Assembly: GCA_047495785.1 (NCBI GenBank)
Contig: JBLDXI010000015.1
Coordinates: forward strand, 3,038,001-3,102,000
Length of the DNA: 64,000 nt
Source: Lepidodermella squamata
Lineage: Eukaryota; Animalia; Gastrotricha
Direction: 5' to 3'
In this document: one piece after another, positions 12,815-25,987 of the stretch
How the letters are laid out: each line of letters opens with the position of its first letter
Numbering within the stretch: the stretch's first letter is position 1
Translations under genes and position numbers: made by a program
Notes under the pieces: generated by a model
The model's database searches: none
Told to the model about the DNA's origin: nothing
Seen by the model: only the letters and a program-made list of their open reading frames with translations

Positions 12815-15800
12815 AACGACCCAATTTTTATTTGCGTCCACATTTCAAAATTAGGTCATATGAAGCGAATTTTAGAACTGGAATATATTTTCGAAAGAAA
12901 AATTCTCGCGGTCTGAATTATTAAGGTGGCCTAATTAATTTTTCTTCGAATTTTCAAAATTTCCACAAATTTCCACAAATTTTTACGAAATTTCAAAAGT
13001 GCCACTTGAGTGCCAAGAGTTGTTCGTATATTTTCGCCATATAGAAATTTACACCATTTTAGTGTAGTAAATCTTGATTAGTTTAACACGAGGAGATATA
13101 ATGGGACCAGTAGTAGTAGTAGTAACTCACTTTGTAGAAACACGCGCTTGGCTTCTATACAGCTTTAATTGAGACGCGGCGATTATTGCAGTCAAAAATT
13201 CTTAGTCGCATTTTTGTCGCGTTCAGCCGAGCCGCGCGTGTTAGGCACGTTTTGACGCGCTTAGCAGCGACCTGACACGGTAATTGGCGTCCTAATTCTT
13301 CATGTCGCCGGTTTATTACAGGCTGCAAGCGCGAGCCTCCGCTGCGAAAATCGTCTTCAAAATGTTATTATTTTGCCGTCGAGACGGCACCTGCCAGTAG
13401 CAGCGCACGCGGCGTGTTTGAAGTCGGAGAACGCGCGCGCATCTGTTCATCATCGTCTTTTACCTCGGAACAAGAAAGGCGTCTTGAGCCACGGCTAGTC
13501 ATTAACCTACGATTAAGGCGGATGCGAGGCCCCGCCTCAGCGCGATAATCCAACTTGCTACAACAAGAACAACGGTCATAGCGAGCAGGCGCGCCTTATC
13601 CGATCGATGATCGATGCCACTTGTACTTCTGTTTCGTTTTTCGTGATCGCCATCTGTTGTTGCAGGGCGGAATATACGCTAGGCTTTACGTAACGCCGCG
13701 TAGCTGGTGGGCTGTTGTGGCTACTGCCTACTAATCAAATATTCCTTCGTTAAGCTTGTTACTCCTCTTATCGCACATCGATGCGAGAGTTCCAACTGAT
13801 ACTAATGAGATGACTCGACTCATCCCTGAGGATTAATCTAACGTTTTCGCGCCTAAACATTAATAAACCCCTACCTAATAATAATGTTATCGCTATTAAT
13901 TTTTTTCTAGGTCGAAAAGTCGTTGTCAAATCGTCTACTTAGCGATGAAGCGCTGATTTTTGTGTCTCGCAGATGTTAATCACGATATTTGCCAATTGGC
14001 GACCCATCCCGGGCCCACATGCGCGGACTTTTTCGCGCGTGCCACGGTGTATTGCCGTGCATATATTGGTGTGCGACACGTTCGGCGCGCGCAGGCAGTC
14101 ACGCCCGGCCTAATCAGCGGTAATCCGCGACGCGCTGCCCCGCGAATTAGCGACAAAGCGCTACATACATCCAATTAATTTTTAGTGTCACTTATTATTG
14201 GCGACCTGGATTAGCCGCAATCCGCCTCAAAGCCAAACAAGGCACGAGGCGAGACGTCGACTCGTGGCAGCACGTTCAGCAACATTCATCTCTCGAGCCA
14301 TTATTATTTACGATTTTTTCCTCCTGAACTCAACAACGTCAGGAGTTGTGTTTTACGAGCCGCGCGGTATGTCGGCAGCCGCGATGCTTCAAGACCTGAT
14401 TACCTGATGACGCCATTTGATAATGTACTAGGCATCAGCGGCCCGTGTGCCTCTTCTCGCTTAGATGTGTGCGCCTTGATAAATCTTGCGTGCGCGATTT
14501 TTGACAGGCGGGGCCGTTTCTTGCCTCGCCGACACAGACACGCCTCTCTCACTCGGCGCTTACAACCGTCTTCAACGCCTCGCCTTTACTCGACTCAATT
14601 TTAGGTAACAGTTTATTACGCCGAGCGGCCGACCGTTGCAAATCATTTAGTATTCAGTTCACGTCGTGAGGTGGATCGATTTTCAAGTTTTATCACCAGC
14701 TGATATGTGATCATGAGCCACTAGCGTATCCATTCATTAATTTTGCGTTTATTGCCTCATCGGCGGTAGCAGCTCGCGCGAACGTTATGGCACCTCGCAT
14801 GACGCGTTTCTCGTGCTCATTTATTGTACATCTCGCGTCTCCAGAACCGTTGGTGGCACCTTGTTGTGTTGGTGGCACGCATCATCATGTGCCAAGATGA
14901 TGATTAGCCCTTGTCAAGTAGGAAGATCGCGCGTGATGGGAACAGATTGCTATCGGCCATGGCGCCATTTCGACGACGACGTCGCCCTTAATGATTATTG
15001 CAGCTACTTGTCTCCGGCCTCGGCGACCCGTAACGGACGTTGCGCGTCGCTCGGCGGGTGTCATCGCGCTGCCAGCACGTCGCCACTCATAAAAACGTTG
15101 GGCCCCGACGCGCGCGCATCTGGCCCGGTTGTCCGGCCTCATCGGGGGGCCCCCGGGTCGTTGCCAACTTGAAAACAACGATCGCGAACCGATAGCCACC
15201 GGCGACAGCTGCTGCTCTCTTCGCTTTCACTCACCCACTCGCGCCCGCGCCCTCCCAGCTCTATTTCAATAAAAAGTTCAAGAGGCCCCATCTTAATAAC
15301 GCTCGTTCAAGTGTCAGCGCGATGATTGCCGGTTGCGTCGACGCCCGTTTTTGGCGCTCGGCGGGCGAGCGATATCGATCTAGATGGCCGCAAATTTGTG
15401 TATACTACGCGATATTGTGTATAGGAGCCCATTGTGCGCGACCAGCCACCGAGGCAAAAATCATCTTGACAAATTGCTGGCTTTCCCACACGCCTGACCA
15501 GCTGCCCAGCTAGGAGCCACGGCCAGGGTGCCACAAATCTCGACCCTCTTCGATTTTTTTCCCCAACTTCCCTTTTGTTCGCATATACTCGAGTGCTATT
15601 ACGCCTATAATCTAATTTTACTGAATTAGCGGCACAATTTTCGCAATTTATTCGAGCTAAAAAATATAATAGCCTCTCTTCCGTTTTGTCACAAATCAGT
15701 TTATTATAACGTAGTACAGATTGAGCTAATTTTTCTCACAGGCGATTTACATTTATTATTACCTTCTTTTATTTTTATATTTTTTGAAAAATCCTCCTCA

Positions 15801-17045
15801 ATTTTTTTTAATCGAATTTTGATTTGTAATCGAATACAGCTTATTCGCTATAATCGGGTTTGGGTTATTAAATAATTATGATTATCCACGGGATTAAGCA
15901 CTAAAATCTTGTTATTTGCCATGTTAGTGCGACCTGGACGGCGGCGGTGCGGTGTGCGAATGCGCGGCGTGCTCTGTGTGACAAATGCCTAGGCCGCGCC
16001 TAATCCGGCGGATAAGCTGATTTGAGGCATCGCCGCCGAAAAGGTGCGCTGCGCACTCGACTCGTTTCGCCCAATAAACTTGTTTCGGTCGACGCAGCGG
16101 CGTACGGCCGGCCTCGACAGGGCTTCTTGCTGGTACTGAAATATTTACGAAGTCGGCGTTGTTGCCTGCCGCCGCGGGCAACTTTTCGCCTCATAGTCTC
16201 AGGCTATAGGCATATAGGTTCGCGGAACCCGGGCGTTGTTTTGCGCGGCAATGAATGGGCGCGTGCGCCGCGTTGGCGCTCATTAGCACCATCGCCGTCG
16301 CCAGGTAATTGTCTCGAGCCACGCGCCTCTCGTCCACTTGTTGTTGTATTTTGAGAAGACTCGCGCATTTATACACCTGAGCCCCTCTCCGACAAGATTT
16401 TGGCGTGCGCGCGCGCCGCTTTTGTTTCTCTCAAGTCCGTGCAGGCCCTTCGATATACATTGACTACCACACCTCTCTAGACACACAGGTAGTTCAGTAA
16501 CGTGAAGTGGCGGGTGCGCGGCTTTGCCTGTATTAGTACCCAGAGGCCACTAACTACCAAACTGCCTCTCGAGCTAACTCTCTTACAGCCCAGCGAAGAA
16601 TGTTTACCCTCGCAATCTTCATCAACAGCAAACGTTGTTTTGTTTAGGTACCTACCACCAACCAACCTGTCGCGCGCCAGACCAGGTATTACTTACGCCT
16701 CGGCCGCGCAAAAAGGGCGCTTCGGCAACCCGAGCCCACCTCTGTTTGCCAATTTTGTTTGCCGTTTCCTGTTGCCTTACGTTGCAACTCCGCCGCCTTT
16801 GTTATTGTTATTTCCCCTTTTCACCTTCTTCTTCTCTCCAGACTTTATTATTAGTAACGACAAAGCGCCGCGCTTTTACCTTCACTCGCTGCTGTCTCCA
16901 TAAACACAATCATCTACAATAATAATAACAATAATAGCTCTTTCTCTTTTTATTAAAATGCCCAGGCCTCTGATGTATCGATTTTGTTCATTTCTACAGA
17001 ATAGATGCCATTTTAACACATTTTAACGTGATTTAATTTACAACG

Positions 17046-19870
17046 ATGGTTGCCGTCGTTCACAACCTGGCTCCGAAACGTACTCAGACCGCTGTCTTCC
17101 AGGCTCAGCCTCGGCTAGCTAATGGCGGCGTGTTAGGCAGTCTCGCTGCTATGTCCCTATCTTCAACCGCAGTTTTCGATCGGAAAGGTAAAAACTCCGC
17201 CTTAATTTAATTATTTTTCTTAATTTTTTTTGTTTCGTTAATTTTTAGAATGTGAGATTGACGTGTCGGCTTATCAACGGCGATCGTCGATCAATGCAGG
17301 TGCGTTTTACGTGCCGCCGCCGTATCGCCGCGGTGCCGTGCGTGCGATGAGCCCGCCGCGACACGTGTCTCGCCTCAGCTCGGCGCATCACCCCGCCTCG
17401 ATAACAACCACACCGGCGTCGCTCTCCTCGTTCGACGACGAAGAGGAGACGTATCGCCGGCAGCGCGCCACCGACTTCAAAGTCGGCCGCAACCTCTTCA
17501 ATAGGTACGTGCCCCACTTTCGGTTTCACCGCACTTCGGGATTTTCGGGTTTAAACCCCGCCCGCACGTTTCCGATGTTATCTGATCCGTGTGTTGACGG
17601 CATGTCGTATCATTGTGATAATGCCTGAATTCCATGATAATATTGATAAGAAATTTTATTTCATTTTTTTTCAGACATCCTGAGCAAGGCATGGCGTATT
17701 TGATTCTTCGTGGCTTTGTTCAACCAACCCCGAGCGCAATTGCTGCCATGTTCGCGAGCCGTTTAGGGTTCAATCGGCAGAAGATCGGCGAATTTCTGTC
17801 AACACCAGCCTCTCAATCGCAACTCGCAGCCTCGGTTCTGTCACGCCTGGCCGCCACCGTTGACATGGCTAACGTTGATCTCGACGTAGCTCTGCGCCGT
17901 TTTCTCGCGCTCTTCCACTTGCCAGGCGAAGCGCAACGCATCGAACGGTTAGTCGAGATGTCCCTTTAGCTACTTGACTCATTTATTTTCCCACCATAGT
18001 GTTATTTTTGTTACATCAGTGTGTAGCGATTATCCTAGTATAATCTCATTAGCTAATCCTAGCTATAATAATCGCTATATATTTGTTTGTTTTGCGCATT
18101 ACCAGGATCCTGCGTGTATTCGCGCATCATTACTGCGCGCAGAACGACTCGGCGTTCGCGGCCTTCCTCGCGCACGACAAGTTCGCGGACAAGTGCGATC
18201 TCGCGCTTCTGCTCGCCTACGCCATCGTCATGCTCAACACCGATCTCCACTCGCCGGCGATTCGCGAGTGCCGAATGTCCCAAGCTGACTTCATCGCAAA
18301 TTTCCAAGGTAAATTCGAGAAAAAAATTAAGGTGGAATTTTTAATTTTTTTTCAATTGTTAGGAGCGGGTGAACACGCCGCTGCGATGCCTGCTGTAACT
18401 CTGGCTTCGATCTACGAGCGAATCCGGCTAACACCGTTGACGCCGAGTGAAGACAACACAACGCTTGTAGGCCGTATCGAAGAAGCGATTCTGAACAGGC
18501 AAAAGCCGCTCGTCGCCTCGCATCGCCGCCTCGTTTGCTACTGCTGCCAGGTCGAGCTGAAAGGCGACCCGCTGCGCGGGGCTGCCGAGAAGACCTCCGC
18601 TAACAAGCCGCCGACGAACCAACCGAGCCAATCAACAGGCCGCAAATCGTTCCCAGCCTCGTTCACCGAAGGCCTGCGATCGCGGCAAACCGACGCGAAA
18701 CACGGCGCTGAACGGCAGTTGTTTTTGTTCAACGATCTGTTGGTTGTGACTAAAGTTGCGCGGCGGAGACAGCAGCAGCAACAACAGAAACGGCAATCTG
18801 GTGTTTCGGTCGGGTCTACCTCGAGCTCAAGTTCGAGCCAATCAAACCAGCCGAAGGAGAGCTTCATCTTCCGCCGCTCGCTGCCCCTCTCGAATCTATC
18901 TATCGCGACTTTCTCGACACCAACCGCGCCTTATGGCGTTCGGCTGACTACAGTGGAAGAAAACTCAAAATTGGTGAGTAGACAAATTTTTAATAATTTT
19001 AAAAATTGAAAATTTAAAAATTAAACTAAATTTTAAATTTTAAAATTAAAATTAAAAAATTCATAAATTTTCAAACATTTAAAATTTTAAAATTCATAAA
19101 ATATTAAATTAACAGTCCTCTATTTTTTTTAAATTTTGAATTATAATTATAATTGTTTCTAATTTTTTGATTATTTTTTTCAGCCTTCGACAATGTTTTT
19201 CTGTGCCCGTAACGCTGATGACCATCGTCATTTCGTGCAAGACCTTCAAGACGCGATCGCTGAGGCCGCGCTCACTGAAGCGGCGCGCCTCGACCTGGAA
19301 CGGTGCCCGATGCCGATTCTCGACAAGCTCATCGACGCGGCCGACTTCGAGGACGTGTCAATCTACGACGAGCCGCCCAAGGTGGCTAAAAGCAGCGCCG
19401 TTGTTGTCGCAGCGCCCAGCGTCGACGTGCAAACATCGCTGAGCGCGTCATCACTGCCGCAACATCATCACTTACACGACGACTGCTCGCCGGCGTCGAC
19501 CCCGCAACGCCGCCTCGTATCGGGTTCCAGCTCGACGACAAGCGAATCAGAGGCGGGCCGCATGCTGCGCCGCCACAGCCGTACGTCGCTCGACAGCGGT
19601 GTCGGTGAAATCGGCAGCCAGGTTAGCATCGCCGTGGTCGCCGGCGCCAAGGTGACTAAATCAACAACGCTGTACGGCAGCCACAGCGCCGAGAAGCGAT
19701 CCGCCGCCGATCAGGTGTCAGTTTTGTCACCCGAGCCGCCGGTTGTTCGCGTGCCTAAGGCTAAGACACCCTCCTCTTCGACGGCGCCCGTCGTCGTCAT
19801 CGCCACCCAGGCCGTCGCGCAACCTGTCGCGAAGAAAGTGCGATCAAAATCGGTCGACGCGCTGTGCTGA
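17046..19870 (+). CDS. IQSEC/BRAG-family Arf guanine-nucleotide exchange factor (Sec7 + PH); exons 17046-17187, 17249-17504, 17675-17947, 18106-18308, 18363-18973, 19184-19870
   Basis: Sec7 motifs NLFNRHPEQG, FHLPGEAQRIER (glutamic finger intact) and AYAIVMLNTDLH. IQSEC-type PH motifs HRRLVCYC and RQLFLFNDLLVVTK. Splice sites are consistent, but the true 5' end is uncertain. Confidence 0.87.
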
Positions 19871-20596
19871 AATTAATTACGTGCAATAATACCTAATAAT
19901 GATGATCCGCCCTCTCGACGTTGTGCCAACCTTCGTCTGATCCTACTTCTTATCTTCTCGCTCTCTCTCGGTTTAGTTATTGGGTGGTTATGGGTAACTA
20001 AAAATGTTATGTCTGTCTCTGCGCCCTCACTGTGATTTCAACAACCTATTATATATAGGCTCTTCTTATCTCTTCATCACGTGAGTGTTTGTTGCGCAGG
20101 TAGATGAATCGAATCAAAATTGCTGCGGCTTGCTTCCATGTTTCTTCATCTTCGCTTGATTCGATATTAATTGATTAATGCAATTAATCGTTAAATTAAA
20201 AATCGTGGTGGCAATGGTGTATTTAAAAGAATGAAATATATATATTATATCTATTATTATTTAATATTATTGATAATGATGATGATAAAGAATTCCCCCA
20301 ATTATATTGTTTTCCTCGGTTTCGCGTTTTTCCCTTCTAATTAGCAGTGTTCATGATGGTTGCGATGGCCAAAGATTCAGTACTGCTTTTGTAAAATCCA
20401 GCCCTTGCCCGCCCCTCCTTCAATAATGATGATGATGATGAAAATATTAAAGCAAAAAATGGAAGATTAATTTACCAATAAAATACAAAAAATTGTAACC
20501 GTGTCGTCTTTTATTTAAATTAATTGACATTTCACGCATTAATCCAGCCGCGAGGTCATATTATCAGATGGTGATTGTAACGCGCCGTTACTCTGT

Positions 20597-22121
20597 TCAA
20601 AGCGATGAGTCGAACGACGGATGCTTCGTGGTCGTGTAATGATATTTCGGAGTAGCCATAGTTGCATTGGGCGACTGGCGCAGGCCTTCTTCGGAGTTGG
20701 CGTACCAGTCAGGCTATTAAAATTTGAAAAGGAGTTGAAAAAAGAGATGAAAAATAACATGAACAGCGGCAAAGAGAAAACGAAATGAGAAGTCCATGCT
20801 AATTCTCTGCTAATTAATACTGAATATTTCGTTGAAAATTGAATTCTACAAATATCGGCTTGAAAAGAAGATCCTAAAGAGACTAGTATAATGATATAAA
20901 AAACACAAGTAAATGTCCAAATTTCTGCCTAATCTATGGCAAAATTATCAGTTATGGCTAGGTTCGAGTAATTTTGAACGCGTAAATAATTTAAAATTTT
21001 TATTAGGTAATGACAATTATTTTTTGAGATCAAATTCGGGACGAACTTCATAGAATTTAATTTTTCCAAAATATTTATTAAATAGCTGGGGCAAATTTTT
21101 AGTTTTCTCGTACATTTCAACTGGGCTATTTTTTTATTTTTCAAGTTTGACTGCAAAAATAAAAAAATTAAAATGCCATGTCTCGAAAATACCTAAAAAT
21201 GTTAACACGAAAGGCTGATTAAAATGCTAAGCTGGTGCATTTCTTGGAACGGAACTTGACTGATGGTAAAATCTAACTTCAATTATTCTACCAGGCCGAG
21301 CTGATAAATAAGAAACTACTGAAATTTTCCTATCTCGCCCCAAGAAAATTTCAGAAGTTCAAAGTTCACGGAAAATACGAAGCTCCATGGAACTAATTTT
21401 CAACCAAATAATATTTTGGGTTATTGGTATTGCAAGTAGTTTGGCAATCTTGAATCTTAATTTTGAGCGGTTCTAAACAATTCTTCAAAAATTCTTTCAC
21501 GACGTTTGAGACGCACCTTGACGAGACAAGCATGAATTTGATCGAATCTTACATACCTCATAACCATCGGCAGGGTGCTTGAAAGTGTCTTCATTGACCT
21601 TCTTCAGCAGGTGGTTGACGCGATGGCCGTGTTTATCAACATCAGCGAACAAATCGCCGTACTCCTGCGGGTTGAACGGCCGCTTCTCCTCCGACTCGTA
21701 GTCACTCTCGTCGTCCCAATCAAACTCCATATCGTCATCCCAATCGTCTTCGACCAGGCCGTCGTCCATCGGATGCCCGGTGGTTTCGAAGGCGCCGGGG
21801 AACATCATCCGTGGATCCATGGCTCGAGGGTCCATGCCGGGGATCAACGTCGATTGGTGATTCGGCGCCAAGGTCGAAGGGTGCATTCCTTGGTCGAAGG
21901 CAGGGTGATCAAGGTGGTTATCAGGATGGAAATTAGCTTCAGCCGCCTGCCTTTGGGCTTCGAGATAGGCGTCTGTGGTTAAATGTTCGTGATGAATGTC
22001 TGAAATAATTTAAAATTAAAATAAATTTAATCGATTGATATAAAATTAGCGAACCATTTGCTGAACAGGCAATATACGCCACATTGCCTAGCAGAACGAT
22101 GGCTGCTAAAATGGAAGTCAT
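20597..22121 (-). CDS. Orphan secreted His/Asp/Glu-rich protein; exons 22121-22055, 21999-~21556, ~20713-20597
   Basis: Signal peptide MTSILAAIVLLGNVAYIACSA and an acidic tract EDDWDDDMEFDWDDESDYESEE. GT-AG introns keep frame. Confidence 0.65.
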
Positions 22122-22552
22122 GCTTTTGGAGGCAACAAAACCGCAACAAAATTCCACAAAATTAGTTTTAGATTTTTCACTTATCCAAGAAATGCTTGTC
22201 AGATAGGCGATATCGATAGCTCCGAAAAAATGGAAAAATCAGAAAAGACGCGTGATGTTCTCAAGATGATCGCGTGTTGCGGTTTTTTCTCGATGAACTA
22301 AACACTCTTAGCAAATGCGCAGAATATTTATTTTCATTCATAAAATCCGAGAAGAAATTAAGATTTTGTAACCGAATATTAAGGATTCAGCTCTTTTTAA
22401 AATTGCTCAAGAACAATTTCCGCAATGGTGTTATTTCCACTTTCAAATAATAATAAAATAAAAGCTCTGTAAGAGATTGCTGTGCGGCGGGAACAACGGT
22501 GGTTTCGCTGATTAAAATTGAAAAAAATAAAAATAAAAAATGAAAAAATCTT

Positions 22553-22625
22553 TGGAGGATACGGGCGTCGATCCCGTTACCTCTCGCATGCTAAGCGAGC
22601 GCTCTACCATTTGAGCTAATCCCCC
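22553..22625 (-). tRNA. tRNA-Ala(AGC)
   Basis: GGGGGATTAGCTCAAATGGTAGAGCGCTCGCTTAGCATGCGAG...ATCCTCCA: 73-nt cloverleaf with G3:U70. Confidence 0.95.
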
Positions 22626-22984
22626 GGCTTATGTAATCACGCGCTAGTTTCGCACATCACCGCGATAGAGGTACGTAATTGCTTCTCGAGTCTTTTGCCG
22701 TGTGGCGCCACTGTACTTGCCACGCTATAGCTCTCCAAGACAATGCTGGCAATAAGCTTTCATGATAAACGAGAACTGGAACAAGGAGCAACCGGAGCTT
22801 CGAAGTTCATCCATGGATTCACCATATTACATTGCCCCAGCATTCTTGGATTCTCGAACTCGTAAATGCCTTGGGTGCTGCATGCTGCATGGTTAGAATA
22901 TCGGCCAGCTGTGAAAATCGGCGTGTTTAATTTTATTTTTGCGACTCGGCATGGCTCAGAAATTACGCCACCGCTTTGTACAAC

Positions 22985-23057
22985 GACTCCGTAGCTCAAT
23001 TGGCAGAGCGTCTGACTCCAGATCAGAAGGTTGCGTGTTCAAGTCACGTCGGGGTCA
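22985..23057 (+). tRNA. tRNA-Trp(CCA)
   Basis: GACTCCGTAGCTCAATTGGCAGAGCGTCTGACTCCAGATCAGAAGGTTGCGTGTTCAAGTCACGTCGGGGTCA, followed by a T-run. Confidence 0.95.
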
Positions 23058-23204
23058 TAAGCTTTTTACAATATAATTATAATTTATTTTATTTTTTTTT
23101 TATTTTTCCATTTTATTTTTGTCAAGTTTCAACCGAACCGAGACAGTTGATAGAATTTTTAATACTTACTATTTGTTTTTAGTTTCATGCCCCCATGTTT
23201 CAGG

Positions 23205-23397
23205 GGGTGAGCCGAATCCCGGAGGTACTGCAATACCGGGCCGACTCGTGGACGGGGTCCAGCAAGCTGGCTGCTCCCGCCCGGCTAGCCAAAAATAGGG
23301 CTAATATCGTAGGCCCCACATGGAGGCCGTTGTAGATATTAAACTACAAAGAACAGATACTACACTTTGATCATAGCCAAAAAGGCCGAGAAGCGAT
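23205..23397 (-). ncRNA. U2: U2 spliceosomal snRNA
   Basis: 5' ATCGCTTCTCGGCCTTTTTGGCTATGATCAAAGTGTAGTATCTGTTCTT, branch-point-pairing GTAGTA, Sm site ATTTTTGG and stem-loop IV loop ATTGCAGTACC. About 193 nt. Confidence 0.95.
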
Positions 23398-23734
23398 ACT
23401 TTTTTTGAAAAAATTTTTTGACGGCGTTCTGGACTGTGAGCACAACCAGCCGGGTCGCTGATTTGCTTATGCAAATACCTAAAACACCGCTCGTAGCTTT
23501 TATAATTCTAGTAATTGCTAGCTCTGCGTTCGAGGAAAACTACCATCTACATTTGTCAGAAAAAACTAACTGTAATTTACTATACAAAAACTTACCACTT
23601 ACTATTCAACCCTCTCAGTGAAAAACTGGCGGATGAAAGACTTTACCGCGCGCGCTAGTTTATTTCTTTCGTTAGTTTCAGAATGCGGCTTGTTTTGATT
23701 GAAAAACCAAATTATTCGATGCAAAAAGTGAAGC

Positions 23735-23808
23735 TGCCCCCTGTGAGGATCGAACTCACGACCTCCAGATTATGAGACTGGCGCTCTAGCCAACTGAGCC
23801 AAGGAGGC
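23735..23808 (-). tRNA. Elongator tRNA-Met(CAT)
   Basis: GCCTCCTTGGCTCAGTTGGCTAGAGCGCCAGTCTCATAATCTGGAGGTCGTGAGTTCGATCCTCACAGGGGGCA. The G1:C72 pair and TTCG T-loop indicate the elongator type. Confidence 0.93.
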
Positions 23809-24622
23809 GCTGTTGAATATATTGATGTCTATCCTAATCATGAATTTTCGGTGTTCGGTGCTACTCATTTTATCGTCGATTGTCAAATGAAAGGGCTCCA
23901 GAAGCTACTTACTAAATATTTTGGATAAAATTGAATTTTACCGATGCCAGGTTTTTGTTCCCATCGGTCCCATACGACGTGACGACGTGACGAATAGTAG
24001 CTTCAACAGCAATTTTGTGAGGATTTCATCGCACCTTCCTGAATCGAAAGAGCATTTGGACATGTGACGTAGATACGTCACATGCATTTGGAGGCTCGTA
24101 TCGCAAAATGCCGAGTCAACTTTAATGATAGATCGTTCAGAACCTGCAACTGGGATCGCACTTTCATCACAAATTTTTAACCCCTATAATGCTTTTTATT
24201 TCGTTTTTTTAATTAATAATATAATATAATATGAATGATGAGGGGTAAATTCGGTTCGAAAACATAAAAAATGAACGATTCGTCAACAAATAATTTTTGA
24301 AATTTTCAATTTTTTTCAGGTTGAAATTATAGTAGCCCGGGCTGCTATAGGAACAAATAAATACGGTAAGAGCCCTAAAGACGCATAAGCACTAAAAGCC
24401 GTAAGAGAAGTAAGATTCGAGAAAACCGGTCGTCTGATAAAACAATGTAACGTGACGTCAAAACGTGATATTCAGTAGTAGCCTCAATGCATACCCATCC
24501 GCCTGATTCTACATTCTTTCCGAGGGAATCGAAATGACGCATACAGATGAACCTATATAATGTGGGGAAATTTTCAAATTTTCATTATTTTTCTCCTTTC
24601 TCTTTCGACCAAATTCAGAATT

Positions 24623-25391
24623 ATGAACAGACTTGTAGCTTTAGCGGCTCTAGCTGGTCAGTTAATCATTCATATTCCCTCCAAGCTAACTGAATTTTCT
24701 CTAATTTATTACAGCGATCTGCAGTGCCGACTTACTGGAGTATCAACGCGAGGCCGGAAGGCAAGCTGCACCGGCTCCAACCGGACCTATTCCGAAATAT
24801 AATGCTGATCCATACATACAGTTGTACGACCAGTTCTGGATAAAGTTCTTGCAAACCCCATCATCCGTTAGCAATGCCGATCGGCTAAATTGCTGGAAGG
24901 CCTACTTGAAAAGCAATCCAGACAGGATTATTAGGTTTGTATCTATAAGCGCAGCAGAATTTTCTGATTTATTGAATTTAAATTTCAGAGACGATCCTAC
25001 CTACCTACTGTGTTTAAATCAGCATGCTCCAGGTCGAGTTGAAAACGGTTCAGCCATTGCTGCCAAGTATGACATGACATACCTGGATCTGCTTAAAGAA
25101 GACGCCGACTTCCGTAGATCGCGATTCGAAGGAGGGCCTGATAACACTTGTTACCAGGGACACATCAGCGGCATCACCCAATGCCCAGTCCCGCCTGTTA
25201 CTGACTTGAGATACATAATCTCCAACCCCAGATTCTACACGAAAGAAATTCCCAAAATCTGTGCTCATCTCAAGTGCGCTATTCCGATCTACAAGAGCAT
25301 GACCGGACCTGAAGCGTGCATTGCTTCAAAGCGGATTTTGTGGATCAGCCACCACTGGTACTTGGAGGCTTTTGGTACCTTGTGCAATTGA
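24623..25391 (+). CDS. Small secreted Cys-rich protein, a stand-alone paralog of the C-terminal domain of the adjacent papain-like proteases; exons 24623-24656, 24715-24934, 24989-25391
   Basis: MNRLVALAALAAICSADLLEYQREAGRQAAPAPTGPIP... ending CAHLKCAIPIYKSMTGPEACIASKRILWISHHWYLEAFGTLCN. It shares the first exon and intron positions with the protease genes. TATA box (cctatataa) at ~24553. Confidence 0.85.
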
Positions 25392-25987
25392 TCAATCCTT
25401 GATACAATCCTTGTGCATGAAGATGAGCTGAGAGTTGAGTTCAATTCTTATGGCTTATTTTGATCTGGCGGTGATGGGAATAGGAAACTTGAGTGGTAAA
25501 TAGTGGATACAAAACAAAGCCTAGATCCTAGAGTGATATTTTCTTTTTTTTTTTCTTTAATTGAATATCACGGCTTGACAAGCATTTTCCAAGCATCTTC
25601 CGCTGTCAGAGGATTGCAGTGAAGCTTCCTTGGATCGAAAAGTGAAAATAAACCCGCGATCTAATACCTGTGAAATAATCTACCTGAGAAACTGAGTGAG
25701 TCTCATACTTCACCTAGCTGGCAAATCGATTCCAGTCGAGGAATATTTAGGTGATAAGAAGGTCCCGGATTTATAATTAATATCGAACATATTTTCTGAA
25801 TACTCTCTAGTAATCTCTAGTTTAGCTGGGAAGGTCAAATAATTTCTGATTTTTTTATTGTTTCGCCTGATGTTTCGACTCTTATCTAGGCAGTCAAATC
25901 TTTTTTTCAAAGTAGTAGTTAAATGCAACTCAAAGTTTGATTTGCGTTAAATTATTTACTAGTTAAAAATCTACTCGTTAGTTACGA

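Noticed and set aside
13368-16922. Numerous 60-130 aa ORFs upstream of IQSEC
   Set aside because: Arg/Ala-rich chance ORFs on both strands of GC-rich non-coding DNA, with no domain signatures.
17948-18105. Possible non-canonical (AT-start) intron after RLVE in Sec7
   Set aside because: A canonical CG|gttagt...ccag|G splice gives ERILRVFAHHYC in frame.
22626-22984. Spliced-leader RNA or small ORF between tRNA-Ala and tRNA-Trp
   Set aside because: An AG|GTAC is present, but there is no convincing Sm site or stem-loop arrangement, and the ORF has no recognisable features.
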